A stretch of DNA of 64,000 nucleotides from Nevskiales bacterium (GTDB lineage Bacteria; Pseudomonadota; Gammaproteobacteria; Nevskiales; JBOICV01): positions 15,035 through 79,034 of the forward strand of contig JBOICV010000164.1 of assembly GCA_050740255.1 (NCBI GenBank), read 5' to 3'. The notes under the pieces were generated by a model. It was not told the DNA's origin. It was given only the letters and a program-made list of their open reading frames with translations, and searched no databases. Shown one piece after another: positions 44,290-54,936 of this stretch (its first letter is position 1; every line of letters starts with the position of its first letter). The translations under genes and the position numbers were made by a program.

Positions 44290-44562
44290 TCATTCTTTGT
44301 CGCGTCCTTGCTGAGAGCGCTCCAGGACGGCGAGTTGTTTTTCCAGCTTGTCCAGTTTGGCGCGGGTGCGCTTCAGTACTTCCTGCTGCACCTCGAACTC
44401 CTCGCGGCCGACGAGTTCCAGCCGGCTGAGCTGGCTTTGCAGCAGCGCACGAAAATTACGTTCCAGCTCCGCGCGTAAATCCTTGAGACCCGGTGGAATC
44501 AGTTGACCCAGGCGGGCGGCGAGATCTTCAACCAATTGGGCGTTGGGTTTGCGCTGGGTCAT
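44290..44562 (-). CDS. ubiK: ubiquinone-biosynthesis accessory factor UbiK (YqiC/BMFP family)
   Basis: 90 aa. The coiled-coil motif LQSQLSRLELVGREEFEVQQEVLKRTRAKL matches E. coli YqiC as I recall it. Confidence 0.8.
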   Translation of the reverse strand: MTQRKPNAQLVEDLAARLGQLIPPGLKDLRAELERNFRALLQSQLSRLELVGREEFEVQQEVLKRTRAKLDKLEKQLAVLERSQQGRDKE

Positions 44563-44583
44563 GTGGTGATGGGGGCTGGCTGA

Positions 44584-45147
<564 letters not shown>

Positions 45148-45173
45148 ATTTCTTACCAGGGGAGAGAGTTGTC

Positions 45174-46889
45174 ATGATCCGTAAACTATTACTTGTTTCG
45201 CTGCTCGCTGTGTGTGCGGGCGCAAGCTATGCCGAAGTCGCGCCGGAAGCGGCGGCTGCGTTGGCGGCCGAGCAGGCGCGGCTCGCACAGGCCGAGGAGC
45301 CCGCCGCAGAACCGGCTCCAGCGATGGAGCCGGAGCCTGCGCCCGCGCCGAAGCCGGCAGCGAAACCGGCCGCGAAGGCAAAACCGGCGCCGCGGGCCGC
45401 GGCTGTCAACACGCAGCAGGTAACCAATATCGCCACCGAAGTCGCCGAGCGCGTGGCGGCTGAAGCGGTGGCCAAGGCACTGGCCGACGCGGAAGCCGCC
45501 AAGCAAGCTGCGGAAGAAGCGGCGGTAGCCGAAGCTGCACCGGCGGAGGAAGCGCCAAAAGCCCCCGTTTACAACGAGGGCAACGTCAGCTGGATGCTAA
45601 CGGCGACCGCTTTCGTGCTGTTGATGTCAATCCCAGGCTTGGCCTTGTTCTACGGCGGCATGGTGCGCACCAAGAACATGCTGTCCACGCTGATGCAGAT
45701 CTTCACGATTTTCTGCGTGATCTCGATCTTGTGGGTGATCTACGGCTATAGCGTGGCCTTCTCCAACGGCAATCCCTTCTTCGGCGGATTCAGCAAGCTG
45801 CTGCTGGCGGGTGTGGTTTACGATGCGAACGGTTTCTTCGTGCCGACCGCGACTTTCAGCAAAGGCGTGTTGATCCCGGAACTGATCTTCGCGATGTTCC
45901 AGCTCACCTTCGCCGCGATCACGGTTTGCCTGGTCGCCGGCGGTTTCGCCGAGCGCATGAAATTCTCCGCGGTGCTGCTGTTCTCGGTGATCTGGTTCAC
46001 CTTCTCCTACCTGCCGATGGCGCATATGGTCTGGTGGTGGCCGGGGCCGGACGCCTACACTTCGGCTGAAGTGGTCGCCGAAATGAACGCGACCGCAGGC
46101 TGGCTGTGGCAGATGGGCGCGCTCGACTTCGCCGGCGGCACGGTGGTGCACATCAACGCCGGTGTCGCGGGTCTGGTGGCGGCGCTGTTCGTCGGCAAGC
46201 GTCTGGGTTACGGCAAGATACCCATGCCGCCGCACAGCCTGACGATGAGCATGCTCGGCGCGTCCCTGTTGTGGTTCGGCTGGTTCGGCTTCAACGCCGG
46301 CTCCAACCTCGAAGCCAATGGCTACGCGGTACTGGCCTTCGCCAACACGCTGTTCGCCACTGCGGTCGCGGCGGTGACCTGGCTGCTGGCCGAGTGGATC
46401 GTCAAGGGCAAGCCCTCGCTGCTGGGCATCATCTCCGGCGCCGTCGCCGGCCTGGTCGGCATCACGCCGGCCTGCGGCTTCGTCGGCATAGAAGGCGCGC
46501 TCGTCATAGGCCTGTCCGCCGGCTTGCTGTGCTTCGTGGCCGTAACCTTCATCAAGAAGATGCTCGGTTACGACGATGCGCTGGATGCCTTCGGCGTACA
46601 TGCCATCGGCGGCATGGTTGGCGCGATTCTGACCGGCGTGTTCGTCAACCCGAAGCTGGGCGGCGCCGGTTATGTGACTGACGGCTGGCTGGTGCCGACC
46701 TTCGGCTACGACTCCGCGCAAATCATGATTCAGGTGAAGGCGGCGGCGGTCGCGGCGGTCTGGAGCGCGGTCGTCAGCTCGGTGGCGCTGTTGCTCATCA
46801 AGTTCACCATCGGTCTGCGCCCGAGCGAAGAGTCCGAACGCGAGGGCCTGGACATCGCCGAGCATGGTGAAACCGCCTACAACTACTAA
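45174..46889 (+). CDS. amtB: ammonium transporter AmtB with a ~120-aa Ala/Glu/Pro-rich N-terminal extension
   Basis: 571 aa. Signal peptide, low-complexity region to about residue 140, then the canonical Amt core (DFAGGTVVHINAG, twin-His context). Confidence 0.9.
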   Translation: MIRKLLLVSLLAVCAGASYAEVAPEAAAALAAEQARLAQAEEPAAEPAPAMEPEPAPAPKPAAKPAAKAKPAPRAAAVNTQQVTNIATEVAERVAAEAVAKALADAEAAKQAAEEAAVAEAAPAEEAPKAPVYNEGNVSWMLTATAFVLLMSIPGLALFYGGMVRTKNMLSTLMQIFTIFCVISILWVIYGYSVAFSNGNPFFGGFSKLLLAGVVYDANGFFVPTATFSKGVLIPELIFAMFQLTFAAITVCLVAGGFAERMKFSAVLLFSVIWFTFSYLPMAHMVWWWPGPDAYTSAEVVAEMNATAGWLWQMGALDFAGGTVVHINAGVAGLVAALFVGKRLGYGKIPMPPHSLTMSMLGASLLWFGWFGFNAGSNLEANGYAVLAFANTLFATAVAAVTWLLAEWIVKGKPSLLGIISGAVAGLVGITPACGFVGIEGALVIGLSAGLLCFVAVTFIKKMLGYDDALDAFGVHAIGGMVGAILTGVFVNPKLGGAGYVTDGWLVPTFGYDSAQIMIQVKAAAVAAVWSAVVSSVALLLIKFTIGLRPSEESEREGLDIAEHGETAYNY

Positions 46890-46928
46890 GCTTGCGGATT
46901 TACTTGGCCTAGCCAGGCCGGGTCTTCG

Positions 46929-46957
46929 AGGCGCCCCTTCACCGGGGCGCCTTTTTT
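46929..46957 (+). terminator. rho-independent terminator after amtB copy 1
   Basis: AGGCGCCCC-TTCACC-GGGGCGCCT stem followed by a T-run. Confidence 0.8.
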
Positions 46958-46971
46958 ATTGGCCGCGATAA

Positions 46972-47394
<423 letters not shown>

Positions 47395-47421
47395 GGCTTC
47401 AAGTTCCTGGGGAGGAGAGAA

Positions 47422-48717
47422 ATGAAGACGTGGCTTAGCCGCGCGTGGCTCGTTTGTACGCTCGCCGTTTTTCCGGGTGTGGCGCTGGCGCAGGAAATTA
47501 GCTCCGGCGATACCGCCTGGCTGCTGACCGCCACCGCCCTGGTGCTATTCATGACGCTACCGGGTCTGGCCTTGTTTTATGGCGGCCTGGTACGCACCAA
47601 GAACGTGCTATCCGTGCTGATGCAGTGCTTCGTCATTACCTGCGTCGTCTCCGTGCTATGGGTACTCTATGGTTACAGCGTCGCCTTCGGCGCGGGTGGC
47701 CCTTACTGGGGTGGGTTGTCCAAGGCAATGCTGAACGGCGTGGCCGAAGGCAGCGTCAGCGGCACGATTCCCGAAACCGTGTTCTCGATGTTCCAGCTTA
47801 CCTTCGCCGTCATCACACCCGCGCTGGTGGTCGGCGCCTTCGCCGAGCGCATGAAATTCACCGCGATGCTGTTGTTTTCGGTGTTGTGGCTGACATTTGT
47901 TTATCTGCCGGTCGCGCACTGGGTCTGGGCGGGCGACGGCTGGCTGTTCAAGAAAGGTCTGCTCGATTTCGCCGGCGGCACGGTGGTGCACACCACTTGC
48001 GGTGTAGCTGCGCTGTTGTGCGCGCTGGTCATGGGCGCGCGGCGCGGTTTTCCGCAGACCGCAATGCCGCCGCATAACCTGACCATGACCGTGATGGGCG
48101 CCGGCATGCTATGGGTCGGCTGGTTCGGCTTCAACGCCGGCTCGGCGCTCGCCGCCAACGGCAATGCCGGCATGGCGATGCTGGTGACGCATACTTCTGC
48201 GGCAACCGGTGCACTCGCGTGGATGGCGATGGAATGGATTAAATATGGCAAGCCGAGCGTGCTGGGCGTGGCGACCGGCACGATCGCGGGCCTGGCGACG
48301 ATTACGCCGGCCTCCGGTTATGTCGGCCCCGGTGGCGCGCTGGTGATCGGACTTGGCGCCGGCGTGATTTGTTTCACCGCTACCAATTTCATGAAGCGTG
48401 CGCTGAATGTGGACGACTCACTGGACGTATTCCCGGTGCACGGCGTCGGCGGCATGCTCGGCACCATCGCGGCGGGCATCTTCGCCTCCACCGAGCTGGG
48501 TCTGTTCAGCGGCCAGGGTTATGCCGAGGGCATGAACATGGGCTCGCAGATTATTGTGCAGTTCACGGGTGTGGTGGCGGTTGCGCTCTACACCGTGATC
48601 CTGACCTTTGTGTTGTTGAAACTCGTCGATTTCACGCTCGGCTTGCGCGTGAGTGCCGAGGAAGAGACGCTGGGTCTGGATACTACGCAGCACAACGAGA
48701 GCGGTTACGATCTTTGA
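47422..48717 (+). CDS. amtB: ammonium transporter AmtB, copy 2 (canonical length)
   Basis: 431 aa. Signal peptide directly followed by the Amt core; DFAGGTVVHTTCG. Confidence 0.9.
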   Translation: MKTWLSRAWLVCTLAVFPGVALAQEISSGDTAWLLTATALVLFMTLPGLALFYGGLVRTKNVLSVLMQCFVITCVVSVLWVLYGYSVAFGAGGPYWGGLSKAMLNGVAEGSVSGTIPETVFSMFQLTFAVITPALVVGAFAERMKFTAMLLFSVLWLTFVYLPVAHWVWAGDGWLFKKGLLDFAGGTVVHTTCGVAALLCALVMGARRGFPQTAMPPHNLTMTVMGAGMLWVGWFGFNAGSALAANGNAGMAMLVTHTSAATGALAWMAMEWIKYGKPSVLGVATGTIAGLATITPASGYVGPGGALVIGLGAGVICFTATNFMKRALNVDDSLDVFPVHGVGGMLGTIAAGIFASTELGLFSGQGYAEGMNMGSQIIVQFTGVVAVALYTVILTFVLLKLVDFTLGLRVSAEEETLGLDTTQHNESGYDL

Positions 48718-48778
48718 CCCCCCTCACTCCAACCCGCTCCCCGCTTGCGGAGAGAGGGAGACGCGCAGCGCGCGGCGG

Positions 48779-51043
48779 GTGAGGGGCGCTGGCGCGGCAT
48801 GCGCCGTGCTGCTGGCCGGCTATCTCGCCGGATGCGGTGACGGTTCCTCGACTGTGGCGACCCCGAGCGCCCGGCCGCCGAGCACAGACTTCAGTCCGCG
48901 CTCCTTATACAGCGGCCCCGAGCCACGGCCCGGGCCGGATATTCTCTATGCCGCGCCGGCCAAGGCGCCGCAGCTCGAAAATACCGGCATCTGGCGCGCT
49001 CAACCGATTCTGATCTCCGGCGCTTCGGCCTATCGCGACGGTGAATTTCTCTATCAGGACTTTCTGTACGACGACCACGGCGCCAACGGCATATTGCCCG
49101 ACCTGAGCGATCCGCGCACCGGCGACGATCTCTTTTCGCGCCCTGCCGGCACTTACACCTATCCCACCGATCCGGCTTACGCGAATAACGCGGCCGATCT
49201 GATCGAGTTTCGCGTCAAATCACTGCCAACGGCCACCGCGTTTCGCGTGACGCTCAACACTTTGCTGGATCCGGAGCGCGTGGCCTTCACGCTGGCGCTC
49301 GGCGACAGCAGCGCTTCCCGCGTACTGCCGCATGGCGCCAACACGACGACGCCCGCGGCCTGGTTTCTGACGGTGCACGGCAGCAAGGCTGAGTTGCTGG
49401 ACGCGGCCAGTGGTGCGGTGATTGCGCCAGCGCCGACCGTGAGCGTGGATTTGCCGCGACGGCAGTTCGAAGTGCGCCTGCCACATGCGGCCTGGAATCC
49501 GGCGCAAGCGGCCGTGCCGATGGCATTAGGCGTCGGGCTCTGGGACTCTGCTCGCAACGCTTATCTCGTACCTGGCTTGCAAGCCAGCAATGCCACGCCC
49601 GGTGGTGGCGGACTAATGTCCGCGCCGAGCGCGTTTTTCAATCTCGGCTTTCGCTATGACGAGCCTATGCCGGATGTCGCCAACGGCTTGAGCGTCGTGA
49701 TCGCGCCTTCGTGGTGGCGCGACCAAGCACAGGCTGAAGCACTTGCGGCCGGCGATCTGGGCCGTTTCCGCGCGCAGGTGGACTTCAGCAAGTTGGCCGC
49801 TGGCGTGAATGACGACATGCCGGATCAGCCCGGCGGCGTGCCGACGCATGGTCCGATGAACCGCATTTTCGCCAGTCATGTCGAGACCGCGCAGGGCGCG
49901 ACCTATCCGAGCGCTTGCGGCGGCGCGGCGGGCTGTGTCGGCGCGCTACGCGGCCAGCTACAGCCTTATGCGCTCTACGCGCCGCAGCGGGCTGCGCCGC
50001 CCGAAGGCGGCTACGGTCTGACCCTGCTGCTGCATTCGCTCGGCGCAAACTACAACCAATATCTGGACAGCCGCCATCAGGCCCAGCTGGGCGAACGTGG
50101 GCGTGGCTATCTCATCATCACGCCGGCCGGACGCGGCCCGGATGGCTGGTACGTCGAGCACGCCGGCGCCGACACCTTCGAGGTGTGGGCCGATGTCGCG
50201 CGCCACTATCCGCTGCATCCGGATTTCGCCAGCGTCAGCGGTTACTCGATGGGCGGCTATGGCACTTTCCGTTTCGCCACACGCTACCCCGATTTGTTTT
50301 CGCGTGCGCATACCGTGGTCGGCCCACCCGCAATTGGCGCGTGGCTACCGCCGTTACAGCCCAGTCCCGGACCGGCCAGTAATACTTTCGAGTCGCTGGC
50401 CTCGCTGCGCAATCTGCCGATTCTGATGTGGGTGGCGCTGACCGATGAGTTGGTGCCGTATCTCAGCACGCTGACACAGGCGCGGGGTTTGGACGCGCTC
50501 GGTTATCGCTATGGCTTCGAGTCCTATGCGCCGGCGGAGCATCTGACCTTCGCTATTAACGACGAATACGCGCCAGCCGCTGAGTTTCTGGGCGACGAGC
50601 CGGCGCAGCGCAATCCCGCGCACATCACCTATGTAGTCAATCCGGCGATGGATTTTCCCGGTGTAGGCATGATTGGCGACCATGCCTACTGGTTATCGGG
50701 AATGACGGTGCGCGATACCGCCACGCCCGGCACGGTGGACGCCATATCGCTGGGCTTCGGCCACGGTGACGCGCCGGTCGGATCCACCCAGTTCGGCGGC
50801 GGTGCGCTCACGGGGGGTACGTTGCCGGCGATTGTCTATATACGCCAGTCAAGAACCTGGGGCGCAGCGCCGGCCACCGCGCAACAAGACCGTTTGCAAT
50901 TGACTGCGCGCAATCTGGCGACGGTCACCGTTCATGCGACGCGGGCACATCTCAACTGCGGCGCGCAACTGGTCGTAGATACCGATGGACCCCTGAAGGT
51001 GCGTTTAGACGGCTGTAATCGGGTCGAGAACTTCGGCCCCTAG
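48779..51043 (+). CDS. large lipoprotein with C-terminal alpha/beta-hydrolase (esterase/peptidase) domain
   Basis: ORF 48653..51043. GTG 48779 gives a lipobox (LLAGYLAGCGD). The N-terminal region includes GDD..AGTYTYPTD..ADLIEFRV, reminiscent of a glucodextranase-like C-domain. The C-terminal part has the nucleophile elbow GYSMGGYG. Confidence 0.7.
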   Translation: MRGAGAACAVLLAGYLAGCGDGSSTVATPSARPPSTDFSPRSLYSGPEPRPGPDILYAAPAKAPQLENTGIWRAQPILISGASAYRDGEFLYQDFLYDDHGANGILPDLSDPRTGDDLFSRPAGTYTYPTDPAYANNAADLIEFRVKSLPTATAFRVTLNTLLDPERVAFTLALGDSSASRVLPHGANTTTPAAWFLTVHGSKAELLDAASGAVIAPAPTVSVDLPRRQFEVRLPHAAWNPAQAAVPMALGVGLWDSARNAYLVPGLQASNATPGGGGLMSAPSAFFNLGFRYDEPMPDVANGLSVVIAPSWWRDQAQAEALAAGDLGRFRAQVDFSKLAAGVNDDMPDQPGGVPTHGPMNRIFASHVETAQGATYPSACGGAAGCVGALRGQLQPYALYAPQRAAPPEGGYGLTLLLHSLGANYNQYLDSRHQAQLGERGRGYLIITPAGRGPDGWYVEHAGADTFEVWADVARHYPLHPDFASVSGYSMGGYGTFRFATRYPDLFSRAHTVVGPPAIGAWLPPLQPSPGPASNTFESLASLRNLPILMWVALTDELVPYLSTLTQARGLDALGYRYGFESYAPAEHLTFAINDEYAPAAEFLGDEPAQRNPAHITYVVNPAMDFPGVGMIGDHAYWLSGMTVRDTATPGTVDAISLGFGHGDAPVGSTQFGGGALTGGTLPAIVYIRQSRTWGAAPATAQQDRLQLTARNLATVTVHATRAHLNCGAQLVVDTDGPLKVRLDGCNRVENFGP

Positions 51044-51064
51044 TCAGAGACAGCCCCTGATTTC

Positions 51065-51112
51065 GTAGGAGCGACCCCGGTCGCGATCACTCGCGCGTGG
51101 GCGCGCTCCTAC
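51065..51112. repeat. REP-type element (GTAGGAGCG .. CGCTCCTAC)
   Basis: 9-bp inverted repeat enclosing GACCCCGGTCGCGATC. It overlaps the stop codon of the CDGSH gene. Confidence 0.75.
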
Positions 51113-51348
51113 AGCCTGTTATGCGTACCGTCGCAGAGGGGTTTGGTCTTGCTGTGCTTGCAGCCGCACCACCACAGTTTGCGGTCTTTTTCAGTCACCG
51201 TGTACCTGACCGGCTGGAACTCGGAACCCTTGTGTGAACCGTCGCAAAACGGCTGTTTCCGGGAGCGCCCGCAGGCGCACCACCAGTAGTCGCCGGGCAC
51301 CAGTTCGAGCGGATAAGGCCCCCTCTGCGGGATCGCCGGCTCGGCCAT
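51109..51348 (-). CDS. CDGSH iron-sulfur domain protein (two CDGSH motifs)
   Basis: 79 aa with [16 protein letters not shown] and [16 protein letters not shown]. Confidence 0.85.
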   Translation of the reverse strand: MAEPAIPQRGPYPLELVPGDYWWCACGRSRKQPFCDGSHKGSEFQPVRYTVTEKDRKLWWCGCKHSKTKPLCDGTHNRL

Positions 51349-51430
51349 AATTTCCCTCCTCGACTGTTGTCCAAGCTTGGACTAAGGTAGTCGCTGCAAT
51401 ATAGCAGCGGTTGGATGAGGGGTTTGAGTC

Positions 51431-51853
51431 ATGCGCGCAGTCATACTGGGTGTAATTCTCGCGTTCAGCGCAGTCGCCGCGCAGGCGGCGGTGTACAAAT
51501 GGGTCGATCAGAACGGCAAGACCCATTACAGCGACAAGCCGGTGCAGAACGCCGAAAAACTCAAGGTGCCGGGCGACAAGAAGGCTGAACCGGGACAACA
51601 GCCGGACTCGGACAAACCGAAGCTCGACGAAGCCGCGACGGCCCAGGTCCGCGCGCAGAAGTGCGAGCAGGCGCAAAGCCGTCTGGCCGAGTATCAGAAC
51701 TCTTCCAGCCTGGTCAGCAAGGACGAGTTCGGCGCGCAGCGCACCTTATCGCCGGAAGAGCAGGTTCAGGCCATTGTCGAGATGCAGAAAAACGTGGACA
51801 GTTTCTGCGCCGGCCAGCCGGAACAGACCCAGGCCGAAACCGCTTCACCCTAG
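51431..51853 (+). CDS. DUF4124 domain protein
   Basis: 140 aa. Signal peptide followed by VYKWVDQNGKTHYSDKP. Confidence 0.8.
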   Translation: MRAVILGVILAFSAVAAQAAVYKWVDQNGKTHYSDKPVQNAEKLKVPGDKKAEPGQQPDSDKPKLDEAATAQVRAQKCEQAQSRLAEYQNSSSLVSKDEFGAQRTLSPEEQVQAIVEMQKNVDSFCAGQPEQTQAETASP

Positions 51854-52704
51854 CCGCGTATTGCCGCGGCTACGAAGGGCGGCAGCGCAAACGCCGCCTG
51901 GTGTATTTCCGCGTTGTAGTAGCGAGTACGCAACACACCGATATCAATCTCCGCTAGACGCGGCTTGAGCGGCACAGCGCTTTTGCCGGCGAGTGAGGCC
52001 GACCAGTAGCCCGAAGGGTACAGCGGCTGCGGAAAACCGAGCACATGCGTTTGCCTGAACCCGGTCTCGCGCATGGCCTGATGCATCGCCGCCAGAATTC
52101 CGGTGTGCAGCAAGGGCGATTCACTTTGCTGTACCAGCAGACCGTCATCGGATAACGCGCGGAGTGCGTCCGCATAGAACTGCTTGCCGAACAGGCCTTC
52201 GGCCGGCCCCACCGGATCGGTCGAGTCCACGATGATCAGGTCCACGCTGCCGGGCTTGGCCTTCTTCACCCACTCGATGCCGTCGCCAAAATACAGCTCG
52301 GCGCGTGGATCGCCGTTGGCCTCGCACAGCTCCGGAAAATACTTCTCGGCCAGGCGCGTGACGCGCTCGTCGATCTCCACCTGCAGTACATGCGCCACGC
52401 CTCGATGCTTGAGCACCTCGCGCAAAGTACCGCAGTCGCCGCCGCCGATGATGACCGCGCGCTTGGGCTGCGGGTGCGAGAATAGCGCGGGATGCGACAT
52501 CATTTCGTGATAGAAGAAATTGTCGCGCGTGGACACCATGGTGCAGCCGTCAATCACCATCAGCTTGCCGAAGGTCCTGGTGTCGTAAATCTCGATTTTC
52601 TGGAACGCGGTTTGTTCCTCGTGCAGCTTCTTACCAAGCTCCAGGGAAAAAGCGGTGCCGGCGCCGGCATGAATTTCCGTAAACCAGTGGTGATCGAGCG
52701 CCAT
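51850..52704 (-). CDS. speE: spermidine synthase (polyamine aminopropyltransferase)
   Basis: ATG 52704 within ORF 51850..52869. Contains WFTE.., QKIEIYDT, GGGDGG-like IIGGGDCG and VDSTDP motifs. Confidence 0.9.
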   Translation of the reverse strand: MALDHHWFTEIHAGAGTAFSLELGKKLHEEQTAFQKIEIYDTRTFGKLMVIDGCTMVSTRDNFFYHEMMSHPALFSHPQPKRAVIIGGGDCGTLREVLKHRGVAHVLQVEIDERVTRLAEKYFPELCEANGDPRAELYFGDGIEWVKKAKPGSVDLIIVDSTDPVGPAEGLFGKQFYADALRALSDDGLLVQQSESPLLHTGILAAMHQAMRETGFRQTHVLGFPQPLYPSGYWSASLAGKSAVPLKPRLAEIDIGVLRTRYYNAEIHQAAFALPPFVAAAIRG

Positions 52705-52776
52705 AGGAATTCCTTGCGTCACGGCAAAAGTGCGCGGATTATACGCGCCTCTAACGACTGTTCCTGTGATTCCTAG

Positions 52777-54657
52777 ATGACTAAAAACTGGAACCCCAGC
52801 GACGCGGACGAGCTGTATAACACCGCGCATTGGGGTGAGGGCTACTTCAGCAGCACTGCCGAAGGACACCTAAGCGCGCGACCGCAACGCAACGGTGCCG
52901 CGATTGATTTATTCAGTGTCGTGCAGGAATTGCAGCGCCAGGGCAGCCATCTGCCCGTGTTATTGCGGCTGACCGATATCCTGCACGACCGCGTGCTCGC
53001 GCTGACCGGCGCCTTCGCTACGGCGATACGCGAAAGCAATTATGGCGGACGCTATACCGCGGTTTATCCGATCAAGGTCAATCAGCAGCGCACCGTGGTC
53101 GAGCACATCCTGCAGGCGGGCAACGGCGACGTCGGACTCGAAGCGGGCAGCAAACCGGAGCTGATGGCGGTACTGGGGCTGGCGCCGGCCGGCAGCACCA
53201 TCGTCTGCAATGGCTACAAGGATCGCGGCTTTATCCGGCTCGCTCTGATCGGCCGCAAGCTCGGTCATCGCGTATATATCGTGGTGGAAAAACTGTCCGA
53301 GCTGGATATCGTACTCAGTGAAGCAGAGGCTCTGCAGGTAGAGCCGTTAATCGGTATCCGCGTGCGCCTCGCTTCGGTCGGCGCCGGCAACTGGCAGAAC
53401 ACCGGCGGCGAAAAATCCAAGTTCGGCCTGTCCGCCAGTCAAATCCTGCAGGCGGTGGAACATTTGCGCGCCGCCGGCAAACTCGACTGGCTGCGCATGG
53501 TGCATTGCCATCTCGGCTCGCAGGTCGCCAATCTGCGCGACATCCAGCGTGGTCTGGGTGAGGTCGCGCGGTTTTACGCGGAGCTGCGACGGCTCGGCGC
53601 GCCGGTGGATTGCGTGGACGTGGGCGGTGGTCTCGGTGTGGACTACGAGGGCACGCGTTCGCGCAGCTATTGCTCGATCAACTACGCGATGGAGGAGTAC
53701 GCCCGCGCGGTGGTGGAAGCGCTCGCGGACTGCTGCCGCAAAGAGCGGCTGCCGGCGCCGGACATTATCAGCGAGTCGGGCCGCGCGCTGACCGCGCACC
53801 ACGCGGTGCTGGTGGTCAATGTGGTGGACAGCGAGTCCGCGCCCAAGGACGAGCCAGCCGTGCTTGCAATTGACGCGGCACCGGTGCTGCGCGATCTGCA
53901 TCGTTTATACGAGAACCCGGAGCAGCGGCCTGAACTGGAGCGTCTGCAGGACGCCGCCCAGGCCTTGCACGACGCACAAACCCAATACTGCGAGGGTGGG
54001 CTATCGCTCACCGCGCGCGCGCAAGCCGAGCAGCTTTACTACGCCATCTGCCGCAGAATTCAACCCGGGTTGGAGCCGGGTGCGCGCGTGCATCGCGAAG
54101 CGGTCGATGCTTTGCGGGAGAAGCTGGCGGACAAGTATTTCTGCAATTTTTCGATTTTTCAGTCCATTCCCGACGCCTGGGCGCTGGACCAGATTTTCCC
54201 CATTCTGCCGATTCATCGGCTGGACGAAGCGCCGACCGCGCGCGTCAGCCTGTGCGACCTGACCTGCGACTCCGACGGACGGCTCGATCAGTATGTGGAT
54301 CGCGACGGGCTCGACACGACGCTGCCGGCGCATGCGCTCAAACCCGGTGAGCCCTATCTGCTGGGAATTTTCATGGTCGGCGCCTATCAGGAAATTCTCG
54401 GCGATATGCACAATTTGTTCGGCGATACGGACGCGGTGGACGTGGCGCTGGACGCGAACGGCGCGTGGCAGATTACGGCCGCAGAGCGCGGCGACCGGGC
54501 CGACGAATTATTGCGCTACGTGCACTTCGCGCCGGAGGAGTTGCTCGCTGCCTATGAGCGCAAACTCGCCGGGGCGGCGCTGGCATCGGAACAGCGCAGG
54601 CAGTTTCTTGAGGAGCTGCGGGCGGGATTGACCGGCTATACCTATTTGCAGAGTTGA
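52777..54657 (+). CDS. speA: biosynthetic arginine decarboxylase
   Basis: 626 aa. N-terminal YNTAHWGEGYF, PLP lysine context YPIKVNQQ, and the length are typical of SpeA. Confidence 0.95.
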   Translation: MTKNWNPSDADELYNTAHWGEGYFSSTAEGHLSARPQRNGAAIDLFSVVQELQRQGSHLPVLLRLTDILHDRVLALTGAFATAIRESNYGGRYTAVYPIKVNQQRTVVEHILQAGNGDVGLEAGSKPELMAVLGLAPAGSTIVCNGYKDRGFIRLALIGRKLGHRVYIVVEKLSELDIVLSEAEALQVEPLIGIRVRLASVGAGNWQNTGGEKSKFGLSASQILQAVEHLRAAGKLDWLRMVHCHLGSQVANLRDIQRGLGEVARFYAELRRLGAPVDCVDVGGGLGVDYEGTRSRSYCSINYAMEEYARAVVEALADCCRKERLPAPDIISESGRALTAHHAVLVVNVVDSESAPKDEPAVLAIDAAPVLRDLHRLYENPEQRPELERLQDAAQALHDAQTQYCEGGLSLTARAQAEQLYYAICRRIQPGLEPGARVHREAVDALREKLADKYFCNFSIFQSIPDAWALDQIFPILPIHRLDEAPTARVSLCDLTCDSDGRLDQYVDRDGLDTTLPAHALKPGEPYLLGIFMVGAYQEILGDMHNLFGDTDAVDVALDANGAWQITAAERGDRADELLRYVHFAPEELLAAYERKLAGAALASEQRRQFLEELRAGLTGYTYLQS

Positions 54658-54660
54658 CAG

Positions 54661-54936
54661 ATGAACGATTCAGAAACCATCGCCCGTCTGCTGGCGGAGA
54701 TACGCGACAACCAGAAGCTGCAGCTCGAGCGCCAAGCCGAAGCCTTGGCGCTGCAGCGCGAGCAATTCGGCATGGCGCAGAAGCAATTCGAACGCGCTGA
54801 ACGACTGAATGACCGGGCCGCGCAAATCCAGGAGAAAAGCGCGCAATTAATTGCGGGTGCACGCAAGGTCCTGGTGGTGGTCGTTCCGATCATCGTGCTG
54901 CTGATCGCCTATCTGTCGTGGCTGATCTTTCGCTAA
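54661..54936 (+). CDS. hypothetical coiled-coil protein with C-terminal TM anchor
   Basis: 91-aa ORF starting 4 nt after the speA stop. Host-like codon usage; C-terminal VLVVVVPIIVLLIAYLSWLIF. Confidence 0.5.
   Translation: MNDSETIARLLAEIRDNQKLQLERQAEALALQREQFGMAQKQFERAERLNDRAAQIQEKSAQLIAGARKVLVVVVPIIVLLIAYLSWLIFR

Noticed and set aside
45189-45506. Cluster of short overlapping ORFs on both strands at the 5' end of amtB copy 1.
   Set aside because: They are generated by the GC-rich Ala/Glu/Pro low-complexity coding region. The amtB frame is continuous from a good signal peptide into the conserved core.
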